This document shows positions 1-14,459 of a stretch of DNA of 64,000 bases, in pieces. The position numbers and the translations under genes were made by a program. Source of the DNA: the human T2T-CHM13v2.0 reference genome, Homo sapiens; NCBI RefSeq assembly GCF_009914755.1, contig NC_060939.1. One strand, given 5' to 3'. Within the stretch, counting starts at the first letter, position 1, and each line of letters opens with the position of its first letter. Under the pieces are notes generated by a model. That model had not been told where the DNA came from, ran no database searches, and saw only the letters and a list, made by a program, of their open reading frames with translations.

Positions 1-29
1 TCTTATAAACATCAAGCATATGAAACAAT

Positions 30-175
30 GCAGCATGGTTAATATGTTCAGAGTCAGGCAGTCTTACAGTCAAATTTCAGCACAAACCCCTGGGCCACGA
101 GACCTTGGGCAAGCTGGTTTACTCTGCAGCGCAGTGTCTACACCTGTCAAATGGGGAATACAGTAGCTTTTGTCA
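30..175 (+). mobile_element. MIR SINE relic
   Basis: agagtcaggcag...gaccttgggcaagctggtttactc...gtctacacctgtcaaatggggaatacagtag resembles the MIR core; highly diverged, boundaries approximate. Confidence 0.5.
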
Positions 176-2404
176 TAGGTGCTCCACCATCAGCAGAGAC
201 GCCACTAAAAATGGAATGTGTTGATCTTCTGAGAGTGTAACAATGGAAGGAGAAAGAGGAAGGAAATGGTCTCAAATGCAGCTCCTATATGGACCCATTC
301 ATTCAGCTTCTATTCGGTCACTCACTATGTGAGAGAAATCAAGCTAGAGTTTGAGAGCTCATCTTTAAGTAAAGGAGCAAGACTTGCATACAGAATAGCT
401 TGCAATGAGTTCAAAGCCAGGGAAGAGGGTGGAGGGTGTCAAGGCTACTTCTCAGAAGGCGGGGACCAACAGTCGAGCCTTGAGTGGTGGACAGAAGTTG
501 ACCAGGGGGTCAAAGAGATTAAATCCATTCCAAGCACAGGGAAGGGCTGGTACAAAGGAACAGATGGGAACAGAATGTGGCAGCTGGCACGGTCTTCCTC
601 AGTTCTGAGTCTAGGAATGAGTGCATTACCTGATACACTCAGATCTGGTGCTCAGTAATGTGTGTGATTGAGAACAGGAAGGAAAGGAAAGCTGTTCCAG
701 GTGTGAGAGTGAGAAGAAGGACCACAGAATGAAGAAGCCTGAGATGAATATATGAGGAGCAGAGGCATGAGATGAGGAAAATAATCGAGACCAGCACTGG
801 CCACGGCATAGCAGGTGGCATAGAGGGAGCCCTGGATGTGGAATCCAGAGACTCCTCCATGTTCCTTTAGCCACTAGCTGCTAGCATGGCCTTCAGTAAG
901 TCATCTTGATATCTCTTAATTCCAGTGCTCTCCTCTATAAAATATGGGAGCTAAGCCTGTTGAGCTCTGAGATCTCTTTCAGTTCTGTTCAGTTTTAAAA
1001 GCATTTGCTAACCTTCTACTCAGTGCTGGGCACCATGCTAGACACTGGGGATTCAAAGATGAATGATATATTGTCCTGGTTCTTCTCCACTTGCTGTTCC
1101 CACGGGTCAGATCCATTCTCATCCCTTCTCCAGCAGCCCAAGTGCCCTCCATCTCTGAGGCTGGCTATGATGATCACAGCCTCTTTCCACAGGTACAGCT
1201 TCTGCCCAGCAGCCCATTTTCTGTGGCTCCAGACCTCTCTGTGATTCAGTAACACCATTTTCCCCACTTGCTCCTCCAGACCCACATGTGCCAATAGCTG
1301 CTCACTTTGCTAGTGTCTACCTCAACTTCCTTTAAACCTGCACTAAAGCATGCTGTATAGCCTTCATTAAAATTTCTTCTGTTCAACCATGTGAGTGAAT
1401 TCTATTTGTGGCAGGCCCCTAATTAATACAGAGCTTAAAGTGCAATTGGAAGGGGAGAACTATCAATATTTCATTTATCCCAATATAAAATATCATAAGA
1501 AAACCTAGGAGGGAGCAATGCTGGAAGACTGAAGAAGAGAGGCTCCAGAGGAGTGTTTGTAGAGAGTGAGTTCCAAGATTGGGGTGGAAGAATTGATGAT
1601 GGACACAGGGGTGAAAGAATGGAACCAGAGAGAGTTTATTGTTACTGTTGCTAATGCAGCTATTGTTACATTAAAAACAATTTTCAAGAGGTGCAACCCA
1701 AAGATAAATAAAATCTGTCATACCAGAATAAAGAGTAGCACATAATTGTGTATGAATGATGGGACAATAGGCATAATTTGAGAAGAGGTATAATTTCAGC
1801 TGTGAATGTGAACATGGGTTGACTTTTGCTGTTTTACATAGATGGATCATTTTCAGTGTTATCAACTAAGTGTGCAAATTCAGCAATTGAAAATGCATGC
1901 AAGCTCTGTACAAAAGACAAATTCTTTACATAGAATAAAAAGTCAGCTGGGAAGCCAAAATTGACAAAACCAACAACTTCTATACCAAAAGCAATGAAAT
2001 GTATTCTTAACCTCTGATACTTAACATTGTGATTCCACAGGCTGGGGCAGCTCCTCACTTTCTCCACTGCCACTTGTGCTGTCATCAAGAACATGATAGC
2101 TTCCTTTGTGGTCTTTGAAGGGCAGATGTTTCACTCCCCTGCCTTGATATCACCCAAGTTATGAGCAGAGTAAGAAGATGGACATTGCGTCACAGAACCA
2201 GCGATAGCAAGCTAACACGCAAGGAGAGCCAGCAATGTGGAAGTTCAGGCCGTTGGTTTGCGTCATATTGGAGTGTTCAGCTCGGAGACCTGGAGGCCCT
2301 GTGACCTTTTCTCATGGGACAGAATAGGGAATCATTATCATAAATCTAGCCACAAAAGCAAAATCACAAGTCAATGAAGAATAGAGACATCAAAACCCTC
2401 TGAT

Positions 2405-2545
2405 TTTAGATCTTAAGCAGTTATCTCATCACTCTGAGCCTCAGCTTCTTCACCCATAAACCAAGGTTAATAATACTTACTTCATGAGCTTATTGACAGG
2501 ATTCAATGAAATCATGTAAGTACAAGCCTTAGTCTGGGGTGTGCC
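2405..2545 (+). mobile_element. MIR SINE relic
   Basis: ctctgagcctcagcttcttcacccataaaccaaggttaataatacttacttcatgag matches the MIR core pattern. Confidence 0.55.
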
Positions 2546-2930
2546 ATGCAATTGGCCTGCAATATGGCGACCATAGCTCTGCTGGTATGACTCCAACGTA
2601 CTGGACTCAGACAAGCTCTTCAAGGCCTACATTAGGTTAGGCCCAAGGGTTTTGAGATGGTCCAACATGATCCTCATCATTTTCAATCTAGAAAACATTC
2701 AGGTATCCCCAGCTCTCAGAGGGCTTCAAGCAGTATTTTCAGGGCACCATAAAGTCACAACTGCTCCAAAAGCACCTCTAACCAGCCGGGCAAGTCAACA
2801 ACCTCCTCTCTTTTCTAACTTGAAAGTTCCATTATTTGAGTCATTCCATTATTTGAGGCTCCCACAGCTGGATAAGTAATGGCCAGGCATCTTACACCTT
2901 TTCTGTTCTCTAGCTAGCTAGCTATCTCTG

Positions 2931-2931
<1 letters not shown>

Positions 2932-2961
<30 letters not shown>
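2932..2961. repeat. (CA)15 microsatellite
   Basis: perfect CA run read directly. Confidence 0.95.
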
Positions 2962-2963
<2 letters not shown>

Positions 2964-4393
2964 TAAGCGCGTGCTCGGAAACCTGGACACACACATACAC
3001 AAGCATTAGCCAGCTATCTGTTTGCACCAGAAATGATCAGATTGTACTGACTCAACCACAAATTCCATTTTCTGCAACCACAGTTGGGCCCTTGATGTTG
3101 CTAACCCCTTCACCCCAACCTGGTCTTAACACCTGACTAAGCAGCTAACTCACTGCTAGCAGATGGTCACAATTCTCACCACACTGTGACCAAATCCACA
3201 CAGGGTACTATCTCAATTCTCTCCTCCTCCACTTTAAATTCAGGGAGCTCCCACCCCTGCCTAGAGTTTTTTGTTCCCTTGCCTAGCAGAAAGTAGGCAC
3301 CTAGGAGAAGGAGAGCCACAAGGCAGGAAGAAGAAAAAGAAAACTTCTCCAGGCTCAGAAAGGAAAATTCTAGAGCATTAAGAGGAAGTTAAACTGATGA
3401 ACTGACATTTTAATAGTTAAATTAAACTTAACTTATAATAGTTTCAAGTTAAACTTGAACTGCCATTGTAATAAGCTTCATGAATTGGTCATTCAAAGGT
3501 ATCTGCAGATTTAAAATCTTTGTTACCCAAAACAGAAATTGAAAAAATACTGAGAACTTGAGAAATCTAAGGGAGTCACTTTTGGGAATAGGATCTTTTA
3601 TCAGTGACATCCATCCTCTCCCCATTATGGGGTTACCTCCCCATGAGGTTGACCTTACCATATGAAGAGTATTCTTAGAGGTGGTTTTAAAATCCATCAT
3701 CTTCTAGCTCATGTTAAAAATTATAAAATTACCTGATTGGAATTTAAAAGCTGTATATATTTACAGCCACAATTCTTTGAGTCTAACACCTGTCATTTAT
3801 TTGTTTTTAACAGCAGCAATGGCCTGGCATATGATAGGTACTCAAGAGATGTTCCTTAAATAAATGAGTGATCTGGCAGAGGAAAAGCTAAGCCATGCCC
3901 AGGTGCTTGGAGACCCTCAGCCTCCTCCCTTGAGCTATGTTTGCTGTGAAGATCCAGTAACCTCTAATCGAACAGTTCTACATGAGCACATGCAAGCTGT
4001 ACCTTGTGCTAGATAGGGAATCATACCCTTCCCAAATTTGCCTGGGAAAAAGCAGAGACTCCAAGCAAGGCGTGAGGTCCCAGGCTGCTGAGCTAAGCCT
4101 ACTATTCTCATGATCAGGGCAGCTCAGGTTTCTCTGCAGTGGGGAATAGCAAACTCTCTGAAATATCTAATATCAAAACCGTATGCCTTTAAGGTGAATA
4201 GTCATGGACACATTCTCCTTTGGGAGAAAAAAGAAAAAAGTTCTACTAAAACTAAAGTCCCAGCTGATTTCCGACACACTCAGCAATGAACAAATTGTTA
4301 CCAGGCCAGCCTTCCAGGCTAGAGGTTCTGACTTCACTCCCTCAGGACCCTCCTCCCAAGTGGAAACTAACTTATTTTTAAATGTCTGTGTTC

Positions 4394-4750
<357 letters not shown>

Positions 4751-4989
4751 TTACATGAATAACCACATCTGCATGCAAAGCAGTAAGAGATACTAACTCC
4801 AATAGACCAAATGTGTGCTTTTCCCCATTGCTTTCAACTCCAAGAATCTGAACAAACAGAAAAGGTCATTCTGATCTTTTTTCTTCAAAGATTAACAATA
4901 GGAAAACAGGAATAGTATATTTTCTTATGATAAAAGCAGAAGCTTGTTGGCAACTTCTTTTGAATTCTTACTACCAACCACAGTACTGG

Positions 4990-5971
4990 TGTTAAATTAA
5001 AAAATTACTCATGACACTTGTGTCAAAGAACACAATTTCAACAAATTGAGTTTTAAAGATCTAATTGGCTTTTACTAGTGATTCATGAACCAGGCAGCAT
5101 CCAGTCTACAAAATAGACAGGAGCTCCATTGGAGATGGCAGAACAGTCAGTTTTTGTAAGGTAGCTTGAGCGGGAACAAGGCAACAGCCTAATGCAAAAA
5201 CTGGATTGGTTAACATCAGGTTACCTCAGGTTACTTTCCTTTATTTTACTACAGGTTACTTTCCTTTACGGGTTAAAGCAGTGGAGACTGCTTTACATGC
5301 TGGCTTAGGTGGACTGGGCTTCTTTTGATTGGTTGCTGTGAATCTCTTATTTTTTCAGAAAACTTTCCTGCTTAGGGTTTTGGTTATAATCTCTCCTGAT
5401 TTCTCCAAAGGTCAGATCTTACAAGTAAACAGCTTAGGTTTCAGTTCGGTGACAGGGAACCTTAGCTTGAGTGACTCCATTTTGGTTGGTCTCTTGGAGC
5501 CTGGTACAGGAGCTCAGTCCAATCAATGGCCTACCACACATTTAACACTTGTTAAAGATGGTAATGCAAACTTTATTCAAGGGGCAGGGGACATGGCTAC
5601 AGGTATAGAAACCACCACAGTGGGGTCTTGCAGTGGGGGAGAGAGGCTGGCTCAACTCTGACTCCAACAAATACATGACAGGTTTTATCACCAAGGAGCA
5701 GGTGGGCAGGGGGCAGTGGATAGAAAATTACTAACAGGAAATATCAAGGATAAAGGTTTTCTGGCTAAATCAACTTGATAGGATTATGGCCGAAGGCAGG
5801 CCAGGGTGATAAGATATCAAGGAATTCCAAGGGTGGAGAATTTTTTCTAACCTGACTTAGGAGGATTGTTGCTCAAATGGGATTCTATAAGGACACAGGG
5901 GGAAGTTCAAGGTCAATCAGAGGACTCAGAGGAGCCTGACTAAAGTTTTGGTCAAGGGAAAGTCTTTGTCA
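4990..5971 (-). mobile_element. MER31-type ERV1 solo LTR, interrupted by a second LTR
   Basis: Minus strand begins tgacaaagactttcccttgaccaaaactttagtcaggctcctctgag (MER31 start); TG...CA termini; 4-bp TSD ctgg at 4986-4989 and 5972-5975. Confidence 0.8.
5021..5547 (-). mobile_element. ERV1/MER4-group solo LTR nested in MER31 (family unresolved)
   Basis: TG...CA termini; 4-bp TSD cttg at 5017-5020 and 5548-5551; minus strand begins tgttaaatgtgtggtaggccattgattggactgagctcctg...aaaatggagtcactc, typical of MER4-group LTRs. Confidence 0.75.
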
Positions 5972-7739
5972 CTGGTAATGTAGTAGGTACCCAATAAATA
6001 ATTGTTGATTCAACAAATCAACATTCTTCCCCAGATCCGCCAGACTAATTACTTCTCACAACAACTTTGTGTGGCAGCACCTATCTATGGCAGTGGTTAA
6101 ATTCTCCCTCCCTCGGAGCTCATTCTGTATTCTATCAAGTCATTTTCTAACAGAATTCTTTCCATCACTCGTGTACTTTCTTAAGAGTGAGGAAATTAAA
6201 ACGGGGAGAGAAGGTTCAAGGCCATGAGTCAGTCCAAAGGCAGAGTAGGGAATTCCATTAATAACTTAAAGCACAAATCCACCTTCCTTTGCCATGAGGA
6301 TGGGTCTGAAAGTGCTGGCTTGTTACTCCAGCTGCAACCCACACATTGCTGTATAGTCATCCCTGTTATCGCAGCTCTTGGGAGTGGGAAACCTACAGAG
6401 CAGTGGCGATGACAGTGACTCAGAGAACACATGAGTTCTTGTTGGTTCAAGGACCTCAAGAAATAAAACACTCAAAATCAATGTAATATGTAACACAGTA
6501 ACCATTTTAACACCCTCCTAATCTCCTAGGGCCAAAGTGGAGAATACCGATATTTGGGATTAGAAAAAGACACTGGATAGCTAATTTTAAGAACAATTCA
6601 AGCCCCGTAACTTCACAAGCATTCCTCAATGCTCAGGAAAAGAAAACATGACAAAGAAATATTTTAAGTAGATATTTTCCAGTCCACTAAATTTTCTATT
6701 GCAAAATTGAATGTCCTTTTTAAATCTTCCAGTAGCCTTTTAAATATTCGATGACAGGGATGTTGTCTTCAATTTTTTGTTTTTTTGGTATTGCTCCTTG
6801 GCAACTAATATAGTTAGTGCCTCCTAAGTTTTTCTGAGTAATTTCTCTAAAAATTAACAGCTATTTTTAAACAGCAATATTCCTCCACTTATGAATTTAT
6901 TGAATATTTTTTGGCACCTACAGTATGCAAATCACAGAACCAGGCACCATGGCACATGTGTAAGAATAAGACAGCATCTGGTGTGAAAATTAGAAGGGGA
7001 GTGCATTCATCATCACCTATCCTAGAAAAGCAGAAACCATTTGTATTTCAAAATAAAAGAAATTTAATATATGGGAATTGATTATACATGTGTTGCAAGA
7101 ACAAGGAGCCCAGAAATAAACAAGAGCAGGTGCCACTGTCATCCCTAGGCAGGAAAACAGGAGACTGTGCTCCCAGAACCCAAGGGCAGGGACCACCATT
7201 AGAGGCTGGAACTGTCAGCTGCAAGGTGGAGTCTCAAAAGAGATACAGCTCCATTGACACAGCTTCCAAAAGCCAGAAGGGAGTGGGAGAAGACCCTGGT
7301 TTCTCATGCTAGCACCTGCCATTGTTACCACCCGGTGCGAAACCAGTTGACACAAAAGTCTGGGCAGCTTAGCCCTAAGGTCGGCCCCTGTGATACAGAA
7401 CAGAGCAGGGAAAGGCCAGGGTTTGAGAGCAAGCAGGCCATACATAGGGAGCTTTGACAACTGTATAACAGCCAAATTCAAATTAGTGCTATCACAGGGA
7501 AAGTAAAATAAATATTCAATAAGCTTATAATATTGCCTTAACTGAATTACAAACAACAACAAAAAATAATAATAACCTCATGACATTTGGAAAAAAGATA
7601 TATCAATTCCACTTAGAATGGCTGATGCTTTATCAAAGAGGCAGCACTCTGGAAATTTGGAGAAAACCAATAGAATTTCAAAAGCTACAGGAGGAATAGG
7701 AAGGATTCTACTTGCAAAAGCATCAACACATAGATATTC

Positions 7740-8340
7740 TGGCATCGTCTGGTGGAACCATATTGAAGATGCACTGAAGTATGATGTTAAGGAATGTAAA
7801 TTTTTTCTGGTAGATCAGGAGTCACTGAAGATTTAGGACCCAAAATCTTCAGTGACAGAATCACAGCTGTGATTTAAGGATTCATCTGGCAGCAGCATAT
7901 AAAATCCTTTGGGAATAAAGATGCCAGGTAAAAGGTAATAAAGTCTTGAACCAAGGGGGCATCCACGGAACTACATGGAACGTTCTTGATTTAGTGTTAT
8001 CCAGTTGGAAGCACTGTGCAAAGAACTAGAAATGGGAGCCCTCCCATGATAGCTTGGAAAAGATGTCTCTGTTGTCTGCATACTTTGGGGCACATATGAA
8101 AAGTGATGAGGGTTTAAAGCCTGGCCATGGATAACATTATGCAGAGGGAAAGTCAGAAAAGAAATGTGTTTCATCAAAGGCTTGAGCATAGAAGGAAAGG
8201 TGCTTAAGAAGAGAATAGGGGCAGTAGCGGAAGGGGGAAGACCCAGGAGAATATCGCATTTCAGTAGAAAGGGTTTCCAAAAAAAGTGAACAAGCAATTA
8301 TGTAAAATGCAGCAGAAAAGTCAAGGAGAATGAATATTGA
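7740..8340 (-). mobile_element. L2 LINE relic
   Basis: segments such as gttaaggaatgtaaattttttctg...ggagtcactgaagattt and aaaatgcagcagaaaagtcaaggagaatgaatattgaaaa resemble antisense L2. Confidence 0.45.
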
Positions 8341-9244
8341 AAAGGGGTGGGAGGACTTTTAACTTTATAGAAAATTTCAGGAAGCATCCAGAACTGAATT
8401 TGAAATCAAAACGTCTGGGCTCAAGATACATAAAATAATTTCTCCCTATGTATTACCTCTACTCCCTCATAATTTCACTATACATGTAGTTCTTTGTGTC
8501 CTCTTTGACTATTCTCTTCAGCATAATCTTCCAGTTTCTACATCCACTGCTAATGCTTCCATATTCTTGATATTTAAAAAGCAAGTGCATTGTCATGTCA
8601 TGATGCCCACAGAAGCCAGAGAGAGTAGGGTCACACCATATATAACTGGGTTACCTAAAGACTTGTCCATTAGCATATATTTAGAAGGGGCTATGGGCAT
8701 CACAAGCAAAGACTGACTTGTCAAGTTAAAGCTAACATATAACTTCTATAGTTAAATAGCAAAATTTAGCAAGCATTTGGTAATAGGCTCGATTAGCATG
8801 GTTTCCATTTTTTTCTAGCAATTGTATACAAAGCACTGAAAAAGAGAAAATGCAAAGAAGAATGTATAGAATAGCACATTTATAGACTAGTGTGTTGGCC
8901 TCTTCAGAAATCCAGCATTGTAGAGAAGATATCATCCACAGTACTAAGTTTAAACCACTTAAGCTGAAATTCAAAACCCTACACAATTTGATAACAGCCT
9001 ACTTCTCTAACATTATCTCTCTCTAGCCATTCAGTCAATAACTCAAATTCCTATAATTCAACAAACAAGCACTTACTCCATTCCAGGCATTGTGCCAATC
9101 ACTACACTAAGCACCCACAAGCCAGGCTGCTCCCATCTAAAACGTTACTACCCCTACTCCTTTACTGACCAGTCTGTTCTCAGCAGGAAAGCCTTTGCTC
9201 TTCTCTGTGCATATTGAAATTCCTCGATTATTGACAGCATACTT

Positions 9245-9470
9245 GGGAGACAGGAGCAAGGCTGTGCAACCTGACTGCTTTGGATTTAAATCTAGTTCCA
9301 CCCTTAGGCAGCTGTGTGACCTTGGGCAAGTTACTTAAATGCTTCAATTTCCTCCTCTGTCTTCCTTCGAGGAATGTGATGATTAAACACATATATGAAG
9401 CACTTAGAAGAGTGTGTCAAGGTATTTAAAACCATACCAGGAATTTAGCAACTGTTTAATAAATGTTAAA
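9245..9470 (+). mobile_element. MIR SINE relic
   Basis: ggatttaaatctagttccacc...gctgtgtgaccttgggcaagttacttaa...gaagcacttagaagagtg. Confidence 0.65.
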
Positions 9471-11829
9471 AAGTAGTAGTAGTAGTTGTTGTTGTTGTTG
9501 TATTGTGATTCTCAGCTGCAGATGCACCTCCTTCACAATACCCCACACTCATAAATCTAACTCATGGTCCATACTCACATGGTTCTTATCATATGTGTCT
9601 TTGCATATGTTTTATATCTGATACATTTTTTTGGAGGCAGGCTATTATGCATTTTTTTTCTTCCCTCAGCACACAGCCACATGCACCACAGTCCCTAATG
9701 GTAATAGTAAACTGTGTGAGTGTGTGTGTGTGCGTGTGCATGTGTACATGAATTCAGTGGACCCTAAGGAAAATTCTATGGAAGAGGGACAGTCATGGTT
9801 CTTCCATCACCAAGAAACATCAAAGTTTGGGGTCACCAAAATGAAGGAAAGTAGCTATAGCATCTTCTTTGCAATAGGCCTTTAATACTGTGTCTATCCT
9901 TCTTACCAGTCTGGATTAGTTTAGATTCATTTCTACTAGAGGGCAGGGAATGAACTAAGTAATTTGTAATTCCACCAGTTCACCCCTTCAGAACACCTCC
10001 AGATCATCACAACTCCCAATTTTGCTTTGTTAAATGCAGACTAGCTGGGAACCAGCCCAGGACCCTGTATCCCTGAAGTTAACCCACACTCATATTGCTT
10101 GGACCAGCTGGGGCTGGCCTGTTTCTGGTGAGACAAAGAGCCAATAGATGATGGTCTGACATGCCAAGAAGTGATCATAGCTGCTTCAGAGGTCATCAGT
10201 AAAGAATGTCAGAAGGAAATGGCCCAAGGCAGTAGAAATGCTTTTGCCCTCTTAGATGGTAGTTTCGCAAGCCAATAGACAAATGACGAGCTGGAGCTGG
10301 AAATAGCACAGGACTAGTATTAGTGATAGTACTGGGAAACGGCTTTAGCCTGAGGCTGGACCACATATCTTCCACCCCTTGCTGAGAGGAACCACTGCCT
10401 AAAACAGATAAGTTTCCCAACATGACTAACTTGAGTGACTATCTTTTTGCCGCTTTTCCCCTCACGCTGACCAGAAATGAGGCATCAATGAAAGTACACA
10501 CTTAAGAAAAACCTGCTGTTCTGAGCTGCATCCTCCCTGGGACAAATTCTCTGGGGCAGAAGTAGACACTACCCTCAGTTGAGTGGGCTCACCATTTTCT
10601 TCAGCCCCTTCTCAAGCCAGAACCAAGGGAATAGAACCAGCATTCTGTTCACTCCTGAAATCTATGTTAACTCCAGCGCTGGATTATCAATACAAATTAA
10701 AGTACAGAATTTGAGGAATTACACATTTTGCTTTAATAAATTGAACTGTGGTGAGATTAGCCCTGCAACATCATTGCATTCACTCATTTTCCTGTCTATA
10801 TGTCACTGTTTCCCAAGTTTTATTCTACAGAATAGTGCCACGAATTATTAATAGGGAATCCCTGAAAAAAATAAAAGGTTCCAGGTAAAACAAGTTTGGG
10901 AAACATGGTCATATGCTTCCTTGAATGGGAGAGAAAGGAAGAGAATGGCAGCTGCAGTCGAGTCATTGCAGGAGCCCTGGGTTCACCATAGGGTGGGCAC
11001 CACACACAGGCTAAGACCATCAATGAAATGTGTCGGGAGCCTTGAGGAAGGATGCTTCTTTTTGTGACTTTGGGAGGCCTACAGGAACAACCCCAGCATT
11101 CCATATTAAAATGCATGTCCAATGTCATATAAAACCAGTCTAAAAACTCCCACTACATTCTTAAAACTCTTATTTTCTAGAAAATTCCAGAAATATGGAT
11201 CTCTATTAAAGACAATCTTGAAAGAAGGTTAAAAGTTGCCTGCAAGAGTCCTACAAAGAGCAGGAGCGTACACACTGTGGATGATTCCAGACCACCACCT
11301 ACCTTCCTGTGGTTCTAACGTATTAGCTCTATAAGCAAGAAGTCAGTCATTAAATCCACAGATTGAGAATGTCCCTTTATTGATTCCAGAAGGGAACCTG
11401 AAACACAGGTTAAGTAATAACCTGAAGCATAAAGAATTTATTATCCAGAGCAAGTGCTGACTCTTCTGGATCATATTGGAACGTACTCCCTTCCTGCTCC
11501 CTCTTTAATTATCATTTTTAACAAAAATCCAGTAGTTGGCCAAAATTCTCTGCCCAGGCAGGCCCAGAAATGCACTGAGGGGTAGAGGGAGAAGACGACT
11601 TTCACCCAAAGGGAACAATGCTCCATCACTCTGCTTCTTCATCACACAGGAATATGATCTAATTTAACATCACAACTAAAATTCACCTTGATATTTATGT
11701 CCCTATCTGGTATCTGTGAGGCTAGGGGAAGGGCAGAGACTTTTAGGCCACAGACAGGAGACTGTTGAGGGGGTTGTAGCCGTAATGTCTGCAGACCTGC
11801 ATTAATTCACTTTGTTAATTTAACCAGGT

Positions 11830-11990
11830 AATTGGGCTGTGAGTCCTAAGAGCCAAGTTAGAATTCTGGCTCTGCTACTCATCAGCTGTAACAAAGGGCG
11901 ATTTCCTTCCCATCTCAGTGCTTCCATTTTCTAATACGTAAAATGAGGTGGTTTGTACTAGATGATCTCGTGGTCTCTTGTGGCTACACT
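11830..11990 (+). mobile_element. MIR3-like SINE relic
   Basis: gaattctggctctgctactcatcagctgtaac...gtaaaatgaggtggtttgtactagatgatctc. Confidence 0.55.
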
Positions 11991-14459
11991 TCTAGCCACT
12001 AGACCATGGCTCTATGCAAAGAGGAACCACATCTTTCTTGTTCTGTTGTAAATCTAGCACCAAGTACAATTTCTAGAATATAACAGGCACTGAAATGGGT
12101 ATTTTTAAGTGTATTAACGCTCAAATAAATAAAATGCTAAGTTCAACCCAAAACATGCAGCTAATTCATATAACGTAAGACAGTGTCCCTCTTTTCCCTC
12201 ATTTTTGTCTCAGCTTCCTAGATGATACCCCAATTGCCCCCTCACCAGATTTACTTGGCTGGTGCTTTAAGTTCCATTGTCACCTATCAGAGATAATACA
12301 AGTCATCTAACTGGACCTTTAGAAAGAACATATGAATAATACAATGTGTCAGATATATTCACTGATGACAACAGAAATCACTGTTGGAAAAGAGCATCAT
12401 GATAGATGGTGATGACTTGTCATTGGAGGTTCAGAAAGTGAAGAAACATTCTACAAAAAAAACCTGGTTGCTACACAGAGGTTCTCAGCAAGATAAAAAT
12501 AGGTAGTACTAGCCCAAAGAACATTGCAAAGGTCAGGCATTTGTTTCTATATCTCCAAAGTTCTCTTTCCAGTCTCCTTCCCAAATTCAACAAAAGACTC
12601 ATCATTTACCATATTTGCATGTTTAAGTCTTTAATCTTGTGCAATTTAAGACATATGTTTAAGGAATTTCAGACAATAGAAAACAGATGGGGAGATTTCT
12701 GGCAGGAGAGTTCAGTGAGAGGCAGAGAGGTCTTCATATCCTTAACACCGCACTACGCCTAAAACTGGTTTTAAACCAAAACTACCTATACAAACTTTTC
12801 CAGTGCCCTGTGGTCTAGGGGTTGGAGTGCAACAAGAAGTGACAGAATGCTTACGTGAAAGGAACAAGGAGTTGCCTGGCCTGTTTCTATCTTCCTGCTC
12901 CTGCATGGCCAGACTCAGGGTGCAGGGCTCCCTCTGACTGAGCCCTTTACCCTTCCTGAGGCCACTATCCCAGTATAGGGCAACCCAATTCCCTCAAAAA
13001 GGGTAACGGGCTTTCCTTACAACATTATTCCTTAGGGAAGCTCAGCTTCTAAGGTTCCTGATCATCTAGTTCTCTAGGACTAAACCAATCTGATATGGTG
13101 ACTCTAGTTTTCTGCACGAGATCCATGGGCTGACCCATAATCTAAAAAAAACCTGAAAGAATATTTGAAATTATGCCTGCATCACAATATTGGGCATGCT
13201 CCAACTCAGTAGAAGACCAGGCAGCTTGAAGCATTAGCATGGGGTACAAAAAGCCCCAGGCCTGCTCAAGGAAAAGAAAGCCAAGATCAAGGACAAGAGA
13301 ACCTTACTGGGAGTAAGATCTAGAATCTGAGTGTGATCATATACATGTTGATGATAACAAAGAAAAAGAACGCAGCATCAGGGAAAATTATTCATGATGA
13401 GACAAGTTATTAGTACCAGTGGACTAAACAATGGGGGAAAAAAGTTCTATTTTTTTTCTATAAAAGTAATACTAAATGTAACCATTGCAATACTAAATAT
13501 AACCATACACCCATCAATGTATGGCCAAATACAACAGAAGTAACGTATATTTTAATGTGACAAAATTGTTAGTTTTATTAAATGACAATGCTAAAATGAA
13601 CTGCTTATTCTTCTTAGCCTGTAATTTGTGGTTGTCAATTTGTTCCTAAAGTAATAAAAGACAACATTATTGAAAAATCTTGATATTATTTGGTTTGTCT
13701 ACCTCTATGCAACGCCACATCCTTATCTCCAGGTATTATATGAAATATGTTATGTTATTCTAAATCCCTATTATTTTGTGACTTAAGATTATATTGCTAT
13801 TTTGAACTGTTTGAGAGTTTTTGAGGGTTTTATAATTTCCACTGGCATGGGCAGTATTGTATTTAAGAAAATGATGTTGTTATCAGGTAAACTTCAGTAT
13901 GAATATCACTTAAGAAATATTCAAACTTGCACTGTGAGGTATTACTTTACCTCTTTACATCTCAGTGTGCTTTTCTATAAAATGGGTATAATAATTGCTA
14001 TGATTGAATATACCAACTAATGGTACTACATAAGGGTTGAGACTTATAAAGTCTCATAGTTGGGCAGCCCTTAGATTATCCAAGTGATCATCTAATCATG
14101 GTTGTAGAGATCATCTTTTCTTATGTATAGTTTTTAAAAATTAAATACCTTGGATGATAATGCTAAAAAAGGACAAATATGTAACTGGGATATCAGATGT
14201 GAGGACTGTTTAGAAGGAAAAAAATGTTTAAATCACTGAATCTACACTGGTCCAAACAAATGGAAATGAGTCCTATTTCTGAAGAACTTAGTCTACCTAG
14301 GAGCTCTTTGAATTTATACGAAGTAGTGAGCTTATTAATGTAGTCATGCTGTATCTTAAAGTTACCTTCTATTTTTTCCCAGCTCTATTTATTATCATAG
14401 CTAATGATTCCAGTTCTTTCTTACTGAACCCAACTTCTGCCAGACACAGGGCTTGGTAA

